DNA of 64,000 nucleotides from Eledone cirrhosa. Lineage: Eukaryota. The stretch lies in the NCBI GenBank assembly GCA_964016885.1, contig OZ024746.1, positions 95,480,001-95,544,000 on the forward strand, written 5' to 3'. Each line of letters opens with the position of its first letter. Position 1 is the stretch's first letter. Made by a program: the position numbers and the translations under genes. Shown here piece after piece: positions 23,791 to 37,606 of the stretch. The notes below the pieces were generated by a model. It was given only the letters and a program-made list of their open reading frames with translations. It did not search any database and was not told the DNA's origin.

Positions 23791-24136
23791 CATTTGCTAA
23801 AAGGTGGATGAATGTAGCGAGAATGGCCTGTGTAAATGGGCCTACTCTGAGCATGCGCCACTAGGCTGGTTGATTTGTGGAGGAGAGGGGTGCCCTTCCT
23901 GGGTACCCTTGAAGTGTCAGGTGGTTCAGGATTGATGGGGTACCTCTAGTTACCCCTGGGTGGTTCACATCTCTATTGGGGAATTTTTATTGTTGTAATT
24001 TTATTGTTAATTGCTTTTGATAATTTGTTGTCTTTTTTACTCGATTTTATTGTAAACCCCCACTATCCCTGTCTTTTTGTATTGTCCCCTATATGTAGGT
24101 CCTAGTGGCCAATAAAGAAATTATTATTATTATTAT
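23791..24136 (+). mobile_element. Tx1/L1-like LINE 3' end
   Basis: FAKRWMNVARMACVNGPTLS resembles the C-terminus of the 25411-25990 fragment; AATAAA followed by a (TTA)n tail. Confidence 0.55.
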
Positions 24137-24959
24137 TCCACTGGGATAATTGCTGGCCTTGTACCAAAAGTAGAAACAATTATTAATATTATTATTATTG
24201 AAAGGGCGGTGAATTGACAGTATCGGTAGAGGGTCGGACGCCATGCTTTGACGCATAGAGTTACGGCCCTTGCCATTCTGAGTTCAAATCCCGCCGAGGT
24301 TAACTTTGCCTTTCATCCTTACAGGGCCGATAAAATAAAGTACCAGTAATGTACTGAGTAATTGCTGGCCTTGTGCCAATAGTAGAAACAATATTATTAT
24401 TATTGACCTCTGAAGTAGAAGCCATGTTTCGCATTGCCTTCAGCAAGCTATAGTTATTTTGTTTGTTTTCACTGGCTCTAACTTTTTGTTTAGGTTTTAA
24501 ACTTGACAAAGGTTTAGAGGGGCTGACCTGCTTATCACAGGTGGGAGGCTGTCATTTTGATGTGACACCTCTGTAGGAGTTGGGTGTCGACAGTTTTGAT
24601 CTTCTAAAAAAAAAAATTCCACAAAACATTATAACATGGATGCTAGCGAGAAGGGACAACATATTAATATATCTCATAAAGAGAGGGAGTCCCTTTCAAC
24701 AGCTGATGTGTAGATGATGGAGGAAGACAGCGTCTCTTCAAAGGAGAAAAATACTAAAACAACAAAACTATATCATTGTAAATAATATGGTTTTCATCAT
24801 CATCACCGTTTTACGTCCATTTTCCACAGTAGCATGGGTTAGACAAGTAGTCCTGTTGTGGGCAATGCTAGGTCAGGTGACCATGACTTGCTCATACAGA
24901 ACTGATTTTGGCTTAGTTTCTACGGCTGGATGCCCTTCCTAATGCCAACCACATTTACA

Positions 24960-25390
24960 GTGAGTACTGGGTGTTTTTTGTTAACACCTACACAACCTCT
25001 TTACAGTGTGGGCTGAGTGCTTTTTGTTGTGACACCTACATGACCACTTTACAGTGAGGGCTGAGTGCTTTTTGTTGTGACACCTACATGACCACTTTAC
25101 AGTGAGGGCTGAGAGTGCTTTTTGTTGTGACACCTACATGACCACTTTACAGTGTGGACTGAGTGCTTTTTGTTGTGACACCTACATGACCACTTTACAG
25201 TGTTGGCTGAGTGCTTTTTGTTGTGACACCTACATGACCACTTTACAGTGTTGACTGAGTGCTTTTTGTTGTGACACCTACATGACCACTTTACAGTGTT
25301 GGCTGAGTGCTTTTTGTTGTGACACCTACATGACCACTTTACAGTGTGGGCTGAGTGCTTTTTGTTGTGACACCTACATGACCACTTTCG
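24960..25390. repeat. ~42-bp tandem array inside an RTE-tail-related repeat; similar arrays at ~11100-11340, ~29760-30150, ~45320-45970
   Basis: Unit gagtgctttttgttgtgacacctacatgaccactttacagtgtgggct repeated about 10 times. Confidence 0.9.
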
Positions 25391-25410
25391 ATAGGGTCGA
25401 CAACTAGTAT

Positions 25411-25990
25411 CTAACTGGCAGCAGTCCCCAGGACAGCTGGGTGGCTGCAATGCACAGTGCCATCTGTTCAGTGGTCAAAGTGAATGGCCGCCTATTGGAA
25501 CTGATCAATATCATGTGCTCAGTCTGCCAAGTTTGTCCCTTCTTGTCTCTATCATGTGTACTGCCTCTTGGGTCACTACTGCGCAAGCTGGAGACATTGA
25601 GGGGCATCCCGTGTGAACTGGGATGCAGGAGATCCATGTCAGCGTATACCAACAATATCACCATAGTGGGTTTAAATCTGTGGGTTTATATCGAGCTGTC
25701 ATGTATGGGCCAGATCCAGGTATCAACTGAATCTATTGTGAAGATTGTCCTGCTGCCTTCCTTTAAATGGGAAGGGCAAACAGTTGTTTATATGCCTGGT
25801 GGTCTTGGCGAAAAAGATTGTATGGTGGACAATTTTTTCAAGTTTCATTTGAAGAGGAAACTCAGGGTGGAGAGGGAAGTATTTCCTTTTAGCCATTTTG
25901 TTGAAAAGTGAATGAGAGAAGTAAGCCTGGTCCGAGTAAACAAACCTGCCCTGAGTATAAATCAGAGCTAAAGAACTGAGAGAGAGCACT
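25411..25990 (+). mobile_element. Degenerate Tx1/L1-clade reverse transcriptase fragment, internally deleted
   Basis: SVVKVNG...SVCQVCPFLSL (decayed SVRQGCPLSPL), SAYTNNITIV (decayed AYADD) and FFKFHLKRKLRVER near the C-terminus. Confidence 0.7.
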
Positions 25991-27594
25991 TCCCCTAGTG
26001 GTCAGAACAACCATGGTTTTATGGGAATTTTCAACGAGTAGTCCTCGGACGTCTCCTCACTATAGATGAACACGCATTAAAAAAAATCTTATTGTTACCT
26101 CCCTTTATTATATTTAAACCTGTTTACACATACAAACTCACACATACACACAAAAATCTACATACACACATACACACAAAAATCTACACACGTACACAAT
26201 GTTTTGTCATGGGGCAACTTTAATGTTTTTCCTAATGTACATCTATTGAGGTGAATGAAATTATTTTTATTATTATTAAAGGGTGGGGGATTGGCAGTAT
26301 CGGTAGAGCATCAGATAACATGCTTTGCAGCATAGAATTACAGCCCTTTGTGGTCTGAGTTCAAATCCTGCCAAGGTTAGCTTTGCCTTTCACCCTTACA
26401 GAGGTTGATAAAATAAAGTACAAGGAATGCACTGGGGGTCGATTAAATCATAACAAATGTATAAAGTCAATCAGAGAAAATAATGACTGAAATGCGACAT
26501 AATGGCCACACAGCATATATAGTTTCTTTCATCGGCCACAAGGGCCAAATAGCACACATAATGATTTGTTTTATTAGCTACAACATAGCATATATACAAC
26601 AGTAGGGGTTAACCCTTTCATGACTGGATTTCTAATGAAATACAGTCTATTATGATTAAATAATGAAACATTTTGAGAGGTTTACTAAAATTATTAATTA
26701 TTTCATTACTAAGATAGTAACTTAATATAAGGTTCTTATATAAATTTATGTTGTAAGATTTTCATTTAAATTGGCAACCTTTAAAATGGGTGGTTTTGTT
26801 TCATAGAACCAGAGCTGTTTTGGCCAGGTTGATAACTAAAGGATTAATAATTGGATCAACTTTTATCAACTTTTTTTATATCTGATCAACTGTTATCCAT
26901 CATCCCCCAAATTACATGTAATTCACTACAATATACAGTTTCTCAGGATGTTAAAGAATAAGTAGGCTTATCAAATATTGCTGATATATCAAATACCATG
27001 TGTCTAACCCATGCTAGCGTGGAAGATGGACGTTAAACGAAGAAGAAACAATTGTTATTAACACATATTTGCAATTTTGGCATTTTAAATAAATATTTTT
27101 ATACTCAATAAACATTTCTGTAAATGTGTACTTGTGTTTAATATACACCCCTCCTCCTGTCATTAATTTTAGTTCAACATTTTTGATATTATACACAAGG
27201 ATTTATGGTACTGTTTAATTTAATAACAAACAAACAATTGAAACAAGGAATTAACATTAATATAACAATAAAAGAACTGTGTTCAAGTATATATGTATAT
27301 GATGACAATGAGGAAATTCTATGTGCACACAACTACATGTGTAACCCCATGAGTATATTGGGGACTGCAAACACTTCTATAATGAGTGAGGGCTACATGC
27401 ACATGTGATGATATTAGGTGCATAGTGCACCTATATACATGTGCACATGCACATGAGAAATACTGAAAAAGAAATTTAAAAAAAAACTAACTATGAATAA
27501 AAACAAAACAAAAGAAAACAATCAGATACCTAAATTCACCTTCCTATGTTTTGAGTATTCAGTCAACAAAGTAAAGCATCATGAGGGTGAAAAC

Positions 27595-27851
27595 CAGTGG
27601 TCCCAAACCTTTTCATTACCAAGGACCCCTTTTATTTAAAAGAATCCACCCACCATCTGATAGAAGTATCCACTTTCTATATTATTATATGGTGAGAATA
27701 ACAATCAAGAGAGAGAAGTGTTTATACTTAGAAAAGAATGGATATCCAGTAACAAGGTGCAGATTGTGTTTTTAACAAAGTACTTGAAATTTTGAACTTA
27801 GTTCATGGGGCCCCACAACTATCTTTTTGGACCCCAGGCTGGGAACCACTG
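27595..27851. mobile_element. hAT-like MITE
   Basis: TIRs CAGTGGTCCCAAACC/GGCTGGGAACCACTG with a degenerate 8-bp TSD. Confidence 0.7.
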
Positions 27852-28055
27852 GTATAAAGAAGAGACAGTTTTTGGAAGGGTACGATGGGAGTGATGCAAT
27901 AGTTGACAATATCCCAATATTACATTAAAAACAAATATTTTTAAACAGGAAAAGTTTATATAATTATGTTTGTGTGCATTGTGAATGTATATGTATCAAT
28001 ATTGTAAATATTGATCAGTTTTGATAAGAAATAATAGTTAAAATATATAACTCAC

Positions 28056-28172
28056 CTGCCAAGATTTTGAACAGACAATCAGAACTGTTCTCTGATTGTA
28101 TGGGCAACAACGCAGTGTTTGGGCATTTAAACAACGAATCTGCTTAGACTCATCTTCATAAACAGGCTTCAG
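28056..28172 (-). CDS. WDR7: WDR7 coding exon 6, LKPVYEDESKQIRCLNAQTLRCCPYNQRTVLIVCSKSWQ
   Basis: TAG/GTGAG boundaries; 117 nt, phase 0 to 0; resembles WDR7 PIFEEESKPIYC...QRSLLVVCSKYW. Confidence 0.93.
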
Positions 28173-28667
28173 CTAGAAAGGGAGGAAAAGAGTTAAAATC
28201 AGTTACATGAAGCTGAACACATGTGGAAATGTTATATTAAGTAGCAGAAAAACCACCCTGCAGGCAGTTTTCTGCTTGCATATGTAGTGTGCATATCGAT
28301 AACCAAAAATATACCCCCATCCCACTACTCCTAGCCCCATCTACACCACCCCTTCCTCTGTAAAGTTATGTTGGTACCACAACATCCAGTCCTAAATAAA
28401 TGAGGTCGTGTAGGTGTCACGACAAAAAAACACACAGTCCATGCTGTAATGTGGCCGTGTAGGTAACACAGTAAAAACCTCCCAGTCCACACTGTAAATG
28501 TGGTTGGTGTTAGGAAGGGCATCCAGCCGTAGAAAACCTGCCAGACAGTCCCATACGAGCAAGCAACCAATCTTGCCTCAAGTGGGACAATTCCCATCTA
28601 AACCCATGCTAGCGTGGAAGATAGACGTTAAACGATGATGATGACGATACGTAAACTGAAAAGTAAA

Positions 28668-28802
28668 TTGTCTTCACTGGCAGCCCGTCTAGCTGAAGTA
28701 ACTGGTGATGCTTGTGAGAGCACTTGGCTGTTCCAGCGCATCAGCCTCGCCATCACCCGAGATAACACTGCGAGCGTGCCGGCTTGCCTCAAAAATTATT
28801 AG
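28668..28802 (+). mobile_element. CRE-like (RLE-bearing) non-LTR retrotransposon 3' fragment
   Basis: LAARLAEVTGDACESTWLFQRISLAITRDNTASV matches the TGD.RE..FLFQRLS.AIQRGNAAS C-terminal motif. Confidence 0.7.
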
Positions 28803-30806
28803 AGAGGTTTTCCAGTGCTCCTCGTGATATCATTATCTTCTGTTCTGGCAGTGGTTCATTCCTCCACCCCTTTTGTTGTATGTGGTCCTAGATGTGTGTA
28901 TTACCTGCTTGCATGTGTTTTTTTTCTTTTTCCTTTTTATTTTCTTATGTTTGTAAAACAGTAAAATAAAACTACATTTCTAACAGTATTTACACAACTG
29001 TGAATAAAATGGTAATTAACAATATGCACAGAAATTGAATAAAGACTGTGTTACACTTTCTTCTGCAATCAGTAAAGTAATCCATGATACATTTAAAAAA
29101 GATGATATTATATCTAAATGGCATTACAGAAAAATATTATGTTATTTAAACGGCATTATGGTGAAATGTTATGAAAATGATATAATGAATGCTAACGGAA
29201 GTTGACATTTAAAAGTTTTAACAGAAGTGAATCTTGAAATAAGCAATACATTATATATAAGATTATTTATGTTTAATCAAGAGCTATGGAATTTAGTAGA
29301 TAAATAATATAATATTTATTCATGATTTATTCAAAGTAATCCAACTTATTTTAATAACATGCTGTAAAAAAAATAAATCTGACACAGTCTCACAGTTCTC
29401 CAACCATTGTATATGAGATTGCTTCATGATGAGAAGTGTTAACACATTCTACTAGAATTCAAGTGATTCCTACTAAACTGCATGAAACTGACCCTGATTC
29501 TAAGATACGAAGCTGTTTATTTTTTAAGTATTTATATTCATTTTTAAAAAGACGTCCATCATAGTACCTTGGTTAAGTTATATTCCAAACACCCGCTTAA
29601 CCATGAGAAAGTTATATTACTAAATCCCACCAAATTCTTGATTATTTTCAAAATGATTTAAAATTATAGGCAATGTTTTTCATTAGAAATATGGTAATGA
29701 AAGGGTTAAACATTTTTTAAATGAATAAAACAACATTTATGCAGTCCACCCTGTATGGTGGTTGTGCTGGTGACACGAGAAGAAAAAAAGCACCCACTCC
29801 ACTGTATAAGGTGGATATGTTGGTTACATGAGAAAAAAGCACCCAGTCCATTCTGTAAAGCAGTCATGTTCATTACACAAGTAAAAAGCATCCAGTCCAC
29901 CTTGTAAGGTGGTCATGTTGGTGATGCAAGCAAAACAGCACCCCGTTCACCCTGTAAAGTGGTCATGCTCATGACATGAGTAAAAAGCACCCAGTCTACC
30001 CTGTAAGATGGTCGTGTTGATGACACAAGTAATAAGCACCCAGTCTACCCTGTAAGGCAGTCATGTTGGTGACATGATGAAAAACCACACAATCCACCCT
30101 GTTAGATGGTCATTTTCGTGCCATGATAAAAAGCACCCAGTTCACATTGTAATGGGGTTGGTGTTAGGAACGGCATCCAGCCATAGAAAGCAAGCTAAAA
30201 TACAGATCCATATGAGCAAGATGTAATCACCTGACCTGACTTATATCATAACATGACAACCTGTCTAACCCATGCAAGCATAGAAAATAGACGTTAAATG
30301 ATAATGATTATGATAATAATGTAGTTTGATGTTGATAAAACTGAAGTGAGAATAACTTTGACACACAAAATTATTTAACAAAGCTGAAACTGTATAAAGT
30401 TCAAGGTCATTAACTGAAACAATCAATCAATAGAATTAACCCTTTTGCATTTAAACCGGTCGTATCTGGCTAGATTTCTCTCACCTCTTTCTGTTTAAAC
30501 CGGCCGTAACTGGCCACTCATACTAATATTAAAGTATTGTTCTCAAAATAAATAATATCAAAATCTCATAGATTTGATATTATGTGAGGTAACGTCTTTA
30601 CCACGAAAATACAATAGTGTATATATAGAGTAATGTAAATGGTAAGAGGTTAAAGTGTTCACTCCAACATAGCTGTATACATATAAGCCTGTGTATTTTA
30701 TACATTAGCTCCATATGTAATGAGGCTAATCAGCCCATGTACATAGGCGTCAAAACTATGTTTTCGCCTATATTGAGTTCCAGTAGAAAGCGAGGTAAAA
30801 GGGAGC

Positions 30807-30848
30807 ATTACCTTGATAATGGCCATCAGTCAAACAGCTGTAGGTAAT
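30807..30848 (+). ncRNA. Degenerate minimal hammerhead motif capping a longer hairpin (30775-30872)
   Basis: attacc-TTGATAA-tggc..gtc-AAAC-agct-GTA-ggtaat; U3-A8 core, G12 missing. Confidence 0.5.
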
Positions 30849-31263
30849 TTCCTCTTGTTTCTGCTGGAACTCGCTAGATGGAACCCCACCATCAGCTTCA
30901 AAAATTCATTGCCAAGGGCTTTCAAATGTTTATTCGTAAATATACCATACGTAATTAGTAAATAAATCTAATAGATATAAAATATTTTAGTTTAATCCTT
31001 TAGCATTTAAACCAGCTGTATCTGACCAGAATTCTTTCTGCATTTTGAAACCGACCGTAACCAGCAGGTCACACCAATGTTAAGATATTGTTCTTTAAAT
31101 AAACAATAACATCATTAAAATCTTGTAGCTTTGAGATTATGTGAGATAACTATGTGAGCTAAAGCCTTTACCGTGAATATACAATAGTAAATATAGAGTA
31201 ATGTAAATGCTACAGAGTTAAGGAGAATATCTAAGCACAAACAAGTGTTTATACAGAACTCAC

Positions 31264-31334
31264 CTTTGATTCTTCACCAGATAAACTCCAAACTTTGACA
31301 GCACCTGAATTAGAAACCGCAACCACCACATCAT
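31264..31334 (-). CDS. WDR7: WDR7 coding exon 5, (D)DVVVAVSNSGAVKVWSLSGEESK
   Basis: Follows a 95-bp intron; AG/GTGAG boundaries; 71 nt, phase 1 to 0; WD40-type KVW end. Confidence 0.92.
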
Positions 31335-31429
31335 CTGGAAAAAATATTTAAAGAAATAGGAATTAATAATTTGTCATATAACATCAATTTTCTACTAGAG
31401 TAGATATAAAAGAAAATAACTTTACTGAC

Positions 31430-31598
31430 CCTCTCCTTTCACGGGTCTTAAAATGCAGCATGCACTGATCCAATTTGGAGTAACTTTGGAATGTAAGGAG
31501 AATAAAATTTCAAATCCAAATGGATCCATAACATGAATCTCTGGGTAAAATCCATTACAAACAAGACGGAGCTCTTGGGTATTGCGAAACCGGTAAGA
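31430..31598 (-). CDS. WDR7: WDR7 coding exon 4, SYRFRNTQELRLVCNGFYPEIHVMDPFGFEILFSLHSKVTPNWISACCILRPVKGE
   Basis: Acceptor ttttcag, donor GTCAGT; 169 nt, phase 0 to 1; resembles WDR7 RLLCHGHYPEILVVD...SKISPDWIS. Confidence 0.93.
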
Positions 31599-31964
31599 CT
31601 GAAAATAAAACAATACATACAAACCTGATTATAACAAGCTTTTAAAGGTTATTTTTCCCCTGCTAAAGCAGGGGTTAATTGATATGAATTTTAACCTTTC
31701 AATACTACATGCATGTTATACCAAATCACTCATATTAAAATGTTCTTATGTTAACTAAAATTTTCATATTTTAACTAAAATTTTCATCATATTTTAACTA
31801 AAATTTTCATCATATTTTAACTAAAATTTTCATCATATTTTAACTAAATAAAATTTTTATATTTTAACTAAAATTTTCATAATATTTAAACTAAAATTTT
31901 CATCTTATTTCAACTAAAATTTAGTTCTTCGATGATTGATATTGTAAGATTTCAGTAGTTGAAA

Positions 31965-32730
31965 ATACCAGATCAGTGGGAGTAGGATCAGACAGCTAGA
32001 CTTTGCAGATAGTACTACTTGACTTTGCAGATAGTACTACTTAACTTATCAGAAAGTAATCTCTGATATGCACTTGATAGATTTGCTGTCAAGTGTTGTG
32101 CGGCAGGAATGAAAATCAGTGCAGTGAAGACAGACACTCGTCCTCTCAAGGAAGCCTGCACAGTGCACTCTACATGTCAGTGGAGATCCAATCCATTGAA
32201 GCAGATGGAGAAGTTCAAGAATCTCAGGGCCGTGTTCTTGAGTGATGGAAGGCAGGAGACTGAATTAAGAGCAAGAATTGCAGGAGCTGGTGCAGTAATG
32301 TGCCAGCTTCAGTATTTGGTACTCAGAAGATGTAACTCCCTATGTTCAATTCAGTATTCATGCCAACCCTTACATTTGGTCATGAATCTTGGGCAATGAC
32401 CGAAAGAATATGATGATGAATACAAGCGGCCGAAATAGGGTTCTGCATAAGGGTCTTTGTAATGTTACTCGATAACTCGGAAATCAGAGAGTTGCTCCAG
32501 ATAGAGCCATTACTTCTCTGAACTAAGAGATCATAGCTCCAATATTACAGACATGTGGTTAGAATGTCTCAGGAAAGAATCACTGGACAGGTTTTACAGG
32601 CAAAACCAACTGGCGGGAGACCCCAGGGGTAGACCCCCGAGCATGATGGTTGAATAACATCCTTATGCTCAGCTGGTCTCGGTTGGAGATCCAGCCGGAT
32701 CAATTGGAGATGGTTGCTTCTGACAGGACC
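31965..32730 (+). mobile_element. RTE (Expander-like) LINE fragment spanning the end of RT to the C-terminus
   Basis: GMKISAVKT, QMEKFKNL.AVF.SDGRQ..E..ARI..AGAVM and the shared 3' segment. Confidence 0.8.
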
Positions 32731-34371
32731 TACTTTCAGAAAAAAAAGAAAATTCCACCACAGAAGAACTGCTTGTGTTCCAAATACTACCAACAACAAG
32801 CATTTCAATACCAATTTCCTCTGCTTAAGCAAAAGTTAGCTTAGTGGACTCTAGTAAAATGTAAAGACCCCACCCCCCACCCCTTTGGTCACAAGTGACC
32901 ATGGGATTTGCACCTAGAAAGTTGCCTTCCATGGCACAAGTCCGGGCAAGGTTGTTTGTGGAAAACCAGCAGTCGCCCAAGCATACCAGTCTCTCCTCTC
33001 CATGTCATTGATGTTGTTCAAGGGAAAGGCTAAGGCCGATTGCAGCTTGGCACCAGTGACATTGCAACTTATTTTTACAGCTGAGTAAACTGGAGCAACA
33101 TGAAATAAAGTGTCTTGCTCAAGGACACAACACACAGCCCTGGTTCAGGAATCGGATTCACAACCTCATGATTGTAAACCCGATGTTCTAACCACTAAGC
33201 CATGCACCTTCACAGTGGATTCTATAACAGGCCTAATTATACTCATGAAGGTGGTTGCTTTTTGAGGCTATGATTTACAGCCAGATTCCCTTCCTGGCAC
33301 CAATCCTTTTAGTTCTTTCTCATGATAAGCAGGGACATGGTGTACTTCATCTAAATCAAATACACACGGTATACAAACCTAATTACAAGACCTTGAATAA
33401 AATAGTGAAGTCCATATAAAATAAGCATCAATCATCATTTTTACATCCACTTTTCCATGCCAACATGGATTGGATAGGATAGTTTGAGACAATGTTTCAC
33501 AGCCAAATACTGCCCTTCCTGACACCAACACTTGGTTGCTGCTTACAACATGCAGAGATACAGTGTACCTGATAAGAATCAGACTTAATAAAACAGAAAC
33601 TAATTTGAATTTTCGTTTCATTATATGAAAGACTATCTTAATGAATTTTACAATATGTCATTAATAAACGAGTTTTGCATTCATTAACTATTTTGATACC
33701 AACCTGCTTGAAACTGGCCCCGATTCTATTGGGGTGCTGAAAAGTTCCTGGCTTAAGGGTATTGCAAAAGGATAGAGCTGTTGCTATTACAGGGGAAGTA
33801 GGATTGCTACAATAAGTGTGTGAATCTGAGAGGGGAATAAGTTGAATAAAATCATAATTAACTGATCCTCCTCTTTTAACTGATGGTATTTGTATCATAA
33901 CAAAATGTTATATAAAATTATGTTCGAAAGTTTTAATTTAAACCGGCTGTAAATGGCCAGAAATCTTTCACCTCTTTCTGTTCAAGCTGGCTGTAACCAA
34001 TCATTCATACCGACGTTAAGGTATTGTTCTCAAAATCTCATAGATTCGATATTATGTGAGATATTATGTGAGGTAAAGTCTTTACTGTGAAAATACAATA
34101 GTATATATAGAGTAATGCAAATTCTAAAGGGTTAAAATGGGTGGCTCTGTTTCATAGAAACAGGGGCAGTTTTTAACAGGTTGGTATGAAAAGGGCTAAA
34201 TAAGTCCTTATAACTCTAAATTTCATTTGAACAATAAACAACAAATGGAAATCAAAGCTTCTTCGATTAAAAAATACTTGATAAATTTTTAAAATAACAA
34301 AAAAAAATTAAAATAAACTTTTTCAATTAAAAATCTAAAAGAATTGTTAGCTGTAGAAAAGAAAGGGATTA

Positions 34372-34485
<114 letters not shown>

Positions 34486-35319
34486 TTATATTGAAATATA
34501 TTGTAGAAGTGTAAAAAGGATTTAGGAGTTGCACTTGTCTAACAATTGACTTGATCTGAGGCTGCATGTTGAAACTAAAACAATTACTGCATGGAGTTGT
34601 CTAACAAATGACTTGATCTGAGGCTGTATGTTGAAACTAAAACAGTTGCTGCATGGAGTTGTCTAACAAATGACTTGATCTGAGGCTGTATGTTGAAATT
34701 AAAACAATTACTGCATGTAAGAGTCATTTTAGTCGTTTAACCCTTTAACATTTAAACTATCCAGATCCGGCTAGAATTCTCTCACCTTTCTGTTCAAACT
34801 GGCTGCTCATACTGATGTTACAGTATTGCTCTCAAAATAAATAACATCAAAATCTCGTAGATTCAATATTATGTGAGATAATTATGTAAGATAAAGACTT
34901 TACCACAAAAATACCATAGTATATATGTTAAAGGGTTAAAAACACAGAAAAACTCAAATATAAAGTCAACAATTTGTGTGTTTTTATATTACTAAAATGA
35001 TTCTTATATGCAGCAATTGTGTAAAAATTAGTGTTATCTCATTTTTTTTTTTTTTAACTGAAGCATGGTCAGTATTTTAGAGTTTGTTTTACCGCCATGG
35101 CAAATTAACAGAATCTTTAGGGGGATGGCTTAAATGCTTCATTATCTGTTCCAGCTCAGTGCAAATCCTGCCTCAGGTCATCAACTGCATTAAAACTTTT
35201 CTGGGTAGATAAATAGAATATCAGTGAAGGAGCAAAAGATTGGCAGAATTGTTAAAAAGTTGAACAGGATGCTTTGGGTTTATCTGATCTGGTTCTGTGC
35301 AGTCGTGAGTTTGAATCTT

Positions 35320-36970
35320 ACCTCCTTCTGCCAGGAGTTGTAACCAACAGATCATATCATCTTGCCTCCTTCTGCCAGGAGTTGTAACCAACAGATCATA
35401 TCATCTTGCCTCCTTCTGCCAGGAGTTGTAACCAACAGATCATATCATCTTGCCTCCTTCTGCCAAGAGTTGTAACCAACAGATCATATCATCTTGCCGC
35501 CTTCTGCCAGGAGTTTCAACCAACAGATCATATCATCTTGCCTCCTTCTGCCAGGAGTTGTAACCAACAGATCATATAATCTTGCCTCCTTCTGCCAGGA
35601 GTTGTAACCAACAGATCATATCATCTTGCCTCCTTCTGCCAGGAGTTGTAACCAACAGATCATATCATCTTGCCTCCTTCTGCCAGGAGTTTCAACCAAC
35701 AGATCATATCATCTTGCCTCCTTCTGCCAGGAGTTTCAACCAATAGATCATATCATCTTGCCTCCTTCTGCCAGGAGTTTCAACCAATAGATCATATCAT
35801 CTTACCTCCTTCTGCCAGGAGTTTCAACCAACAGATCATATCATCTTGCCTCAATCTGCCAGGAGTTGAAACCAACAGATCATATCATCTTGCCTCCTTC
35901 TGTCAGGAGTTTCAACCAACAGATCATATCATCTTGCCTCCTTCTGCTAGGAGTTGAAACCAACAGATAATATCATCTTGCCTCCTTCTGCCAGGAGTTT
36001 CAACCAACAGATCGTATCATCTTGCCTCCTTCTGCTAGGAGTTTCAACCAACAGATCATATCATCTTGCCTCCTTCTGCCAGGAGTTTCAACCAACAGAT
36101 CATATCATCTTGCCTCCTTCTGCCAGGAGTTGAAACCAACAGATCATATCATCTTGCCTCCTTCTGCCAGGAGTTTCAACCAACAGATCATATCATCTTG
36201 CCTCCTCCTGCCAGGAGTTTCAACTAACAGATCATATCATCTTGCCTCCTTCTGCCAGGAGTTTCAACCAACAGATCATATCATCTTGCCTCCTTCTGCC
36301 AGGAGTTTCAACCAACAAATTGTATTATCTTGCCTCCTTCTGCCAGGAGTTTCAACCAACAGATCATATCATCTTGCCTCCTTCTGCCAGGAGTTTCAAC
36401 CAACAGATCATATCATCTTGCCTCCTTCTGCCAGGAGTTTCAACCAACAGATTGTATTATCTTGCCTCCTTCTGCCAGGAGTTGAAACCAACAGATCATA
36501 TCATCTTGCCGCCTTCTGCCAGGAGTTTCAACCAACAGATCATATCATCTTGCCTCCTTCTGCCAGGAGTTTCAACCAACAGATCATATCATCTTGCCTC
36601 CTTCTGCCAGGAGTTTCAACCAACAAATCGTATTATCTTGCCTCCTTCTGCCAGGAGTTTCAACCAACAAATTGTATTATCTTGCCTCCTTCTGCCAGGA
36701 GTTTCAACCAACAAATCGTATTATCTTGTCTCCTTCTGCCAGGAGTTTCAACCAACAGATCATATCATCTTGCCTCCTTCTGCCAGGAGTTTCAACCAAC
36801 AAATCGTATTATCTTGCCTCCTTCTGCCAGGAGTTGAAACCAACAGATTGTATTATCTTGCCTCCTTCTGCCAGGAGTTGAAACCAACATATCATATCAT
36901 CTTGCTCCTTCTGCCAGGAGTTGAAACCAACAGATCATATCAGCAATGGAAAGACCAATGGAAACATAGC
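35320..36970. repeat. 44-bp minisatellite (about 36 copies) ending in a dispersed repeat
   Basis: Unit cttgcctccttctgccaggagtttcaaccaacagatcatatcat; the last unit runs into cagcaatggaaagaccaatggaaac, also seen at ~21640-21705, ~51440-51505 and ~61990-62057. Confidence 0.95.
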
Positions 36971-37606
36971 TCATTTCCTTGGTCTGATCTGATCTGACAA
37001 ATGGCTCATTTCCTTGGTCTGATCTAATCTGACAAATGGCCCATTTCCTTATTTATCCTGTTGCCATGAGTGGACTCATCTACAAAACAGCTTACTCTTA
37101 GCTCTTAGTCTGGCTTGTTCCAACATAAATCAACCCATCCTTTCCAATGCTGTCAGTCAGCGACACCTCATCGACATCTGTGCCAGGTGATGTTGACGGT
37201 TTGTAGGTCACTTTGAAATGTCTGCCACTAGGTCATCTTCGGTCACCCTCTTTTCCACTTGCCTTCTCTATATACCTTAATTGTGTGTTCTTAATCCTCG
37301 TGGATGCAGTATGGCCAAATGATTAAGTTCCATTGGCAGTCATTAGTTTCTGGGTTCCATCCCACTCTGTGGCCTTACAGGTAAATGTCTTTATCTTAAG
37401 TCGGCCCAAACCTTGAGGGAGAAACTGGGCAGGAAAATAGAAAACTATTTGGAAAACGATCAAAATGATTGTACTTGGAATTCACAGGGCCAGCCTTGGC
37501 CCACACTGTGTCATGCTGAATCTCCTAAAGAATTACATTAAGGCTACACGTGTCTGCTTAGCCACTTACACATTAATTTCATGAGCAGGCTGTTTTGTTG
37601 ATCAAA

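Noticed and set aside
35320-36940. CRISPR-like regular repeats and the ORFs within them
   Set aside because: Head-to-tail units with no unique spacers, no cas genes, and a eukaryotic intronic context.
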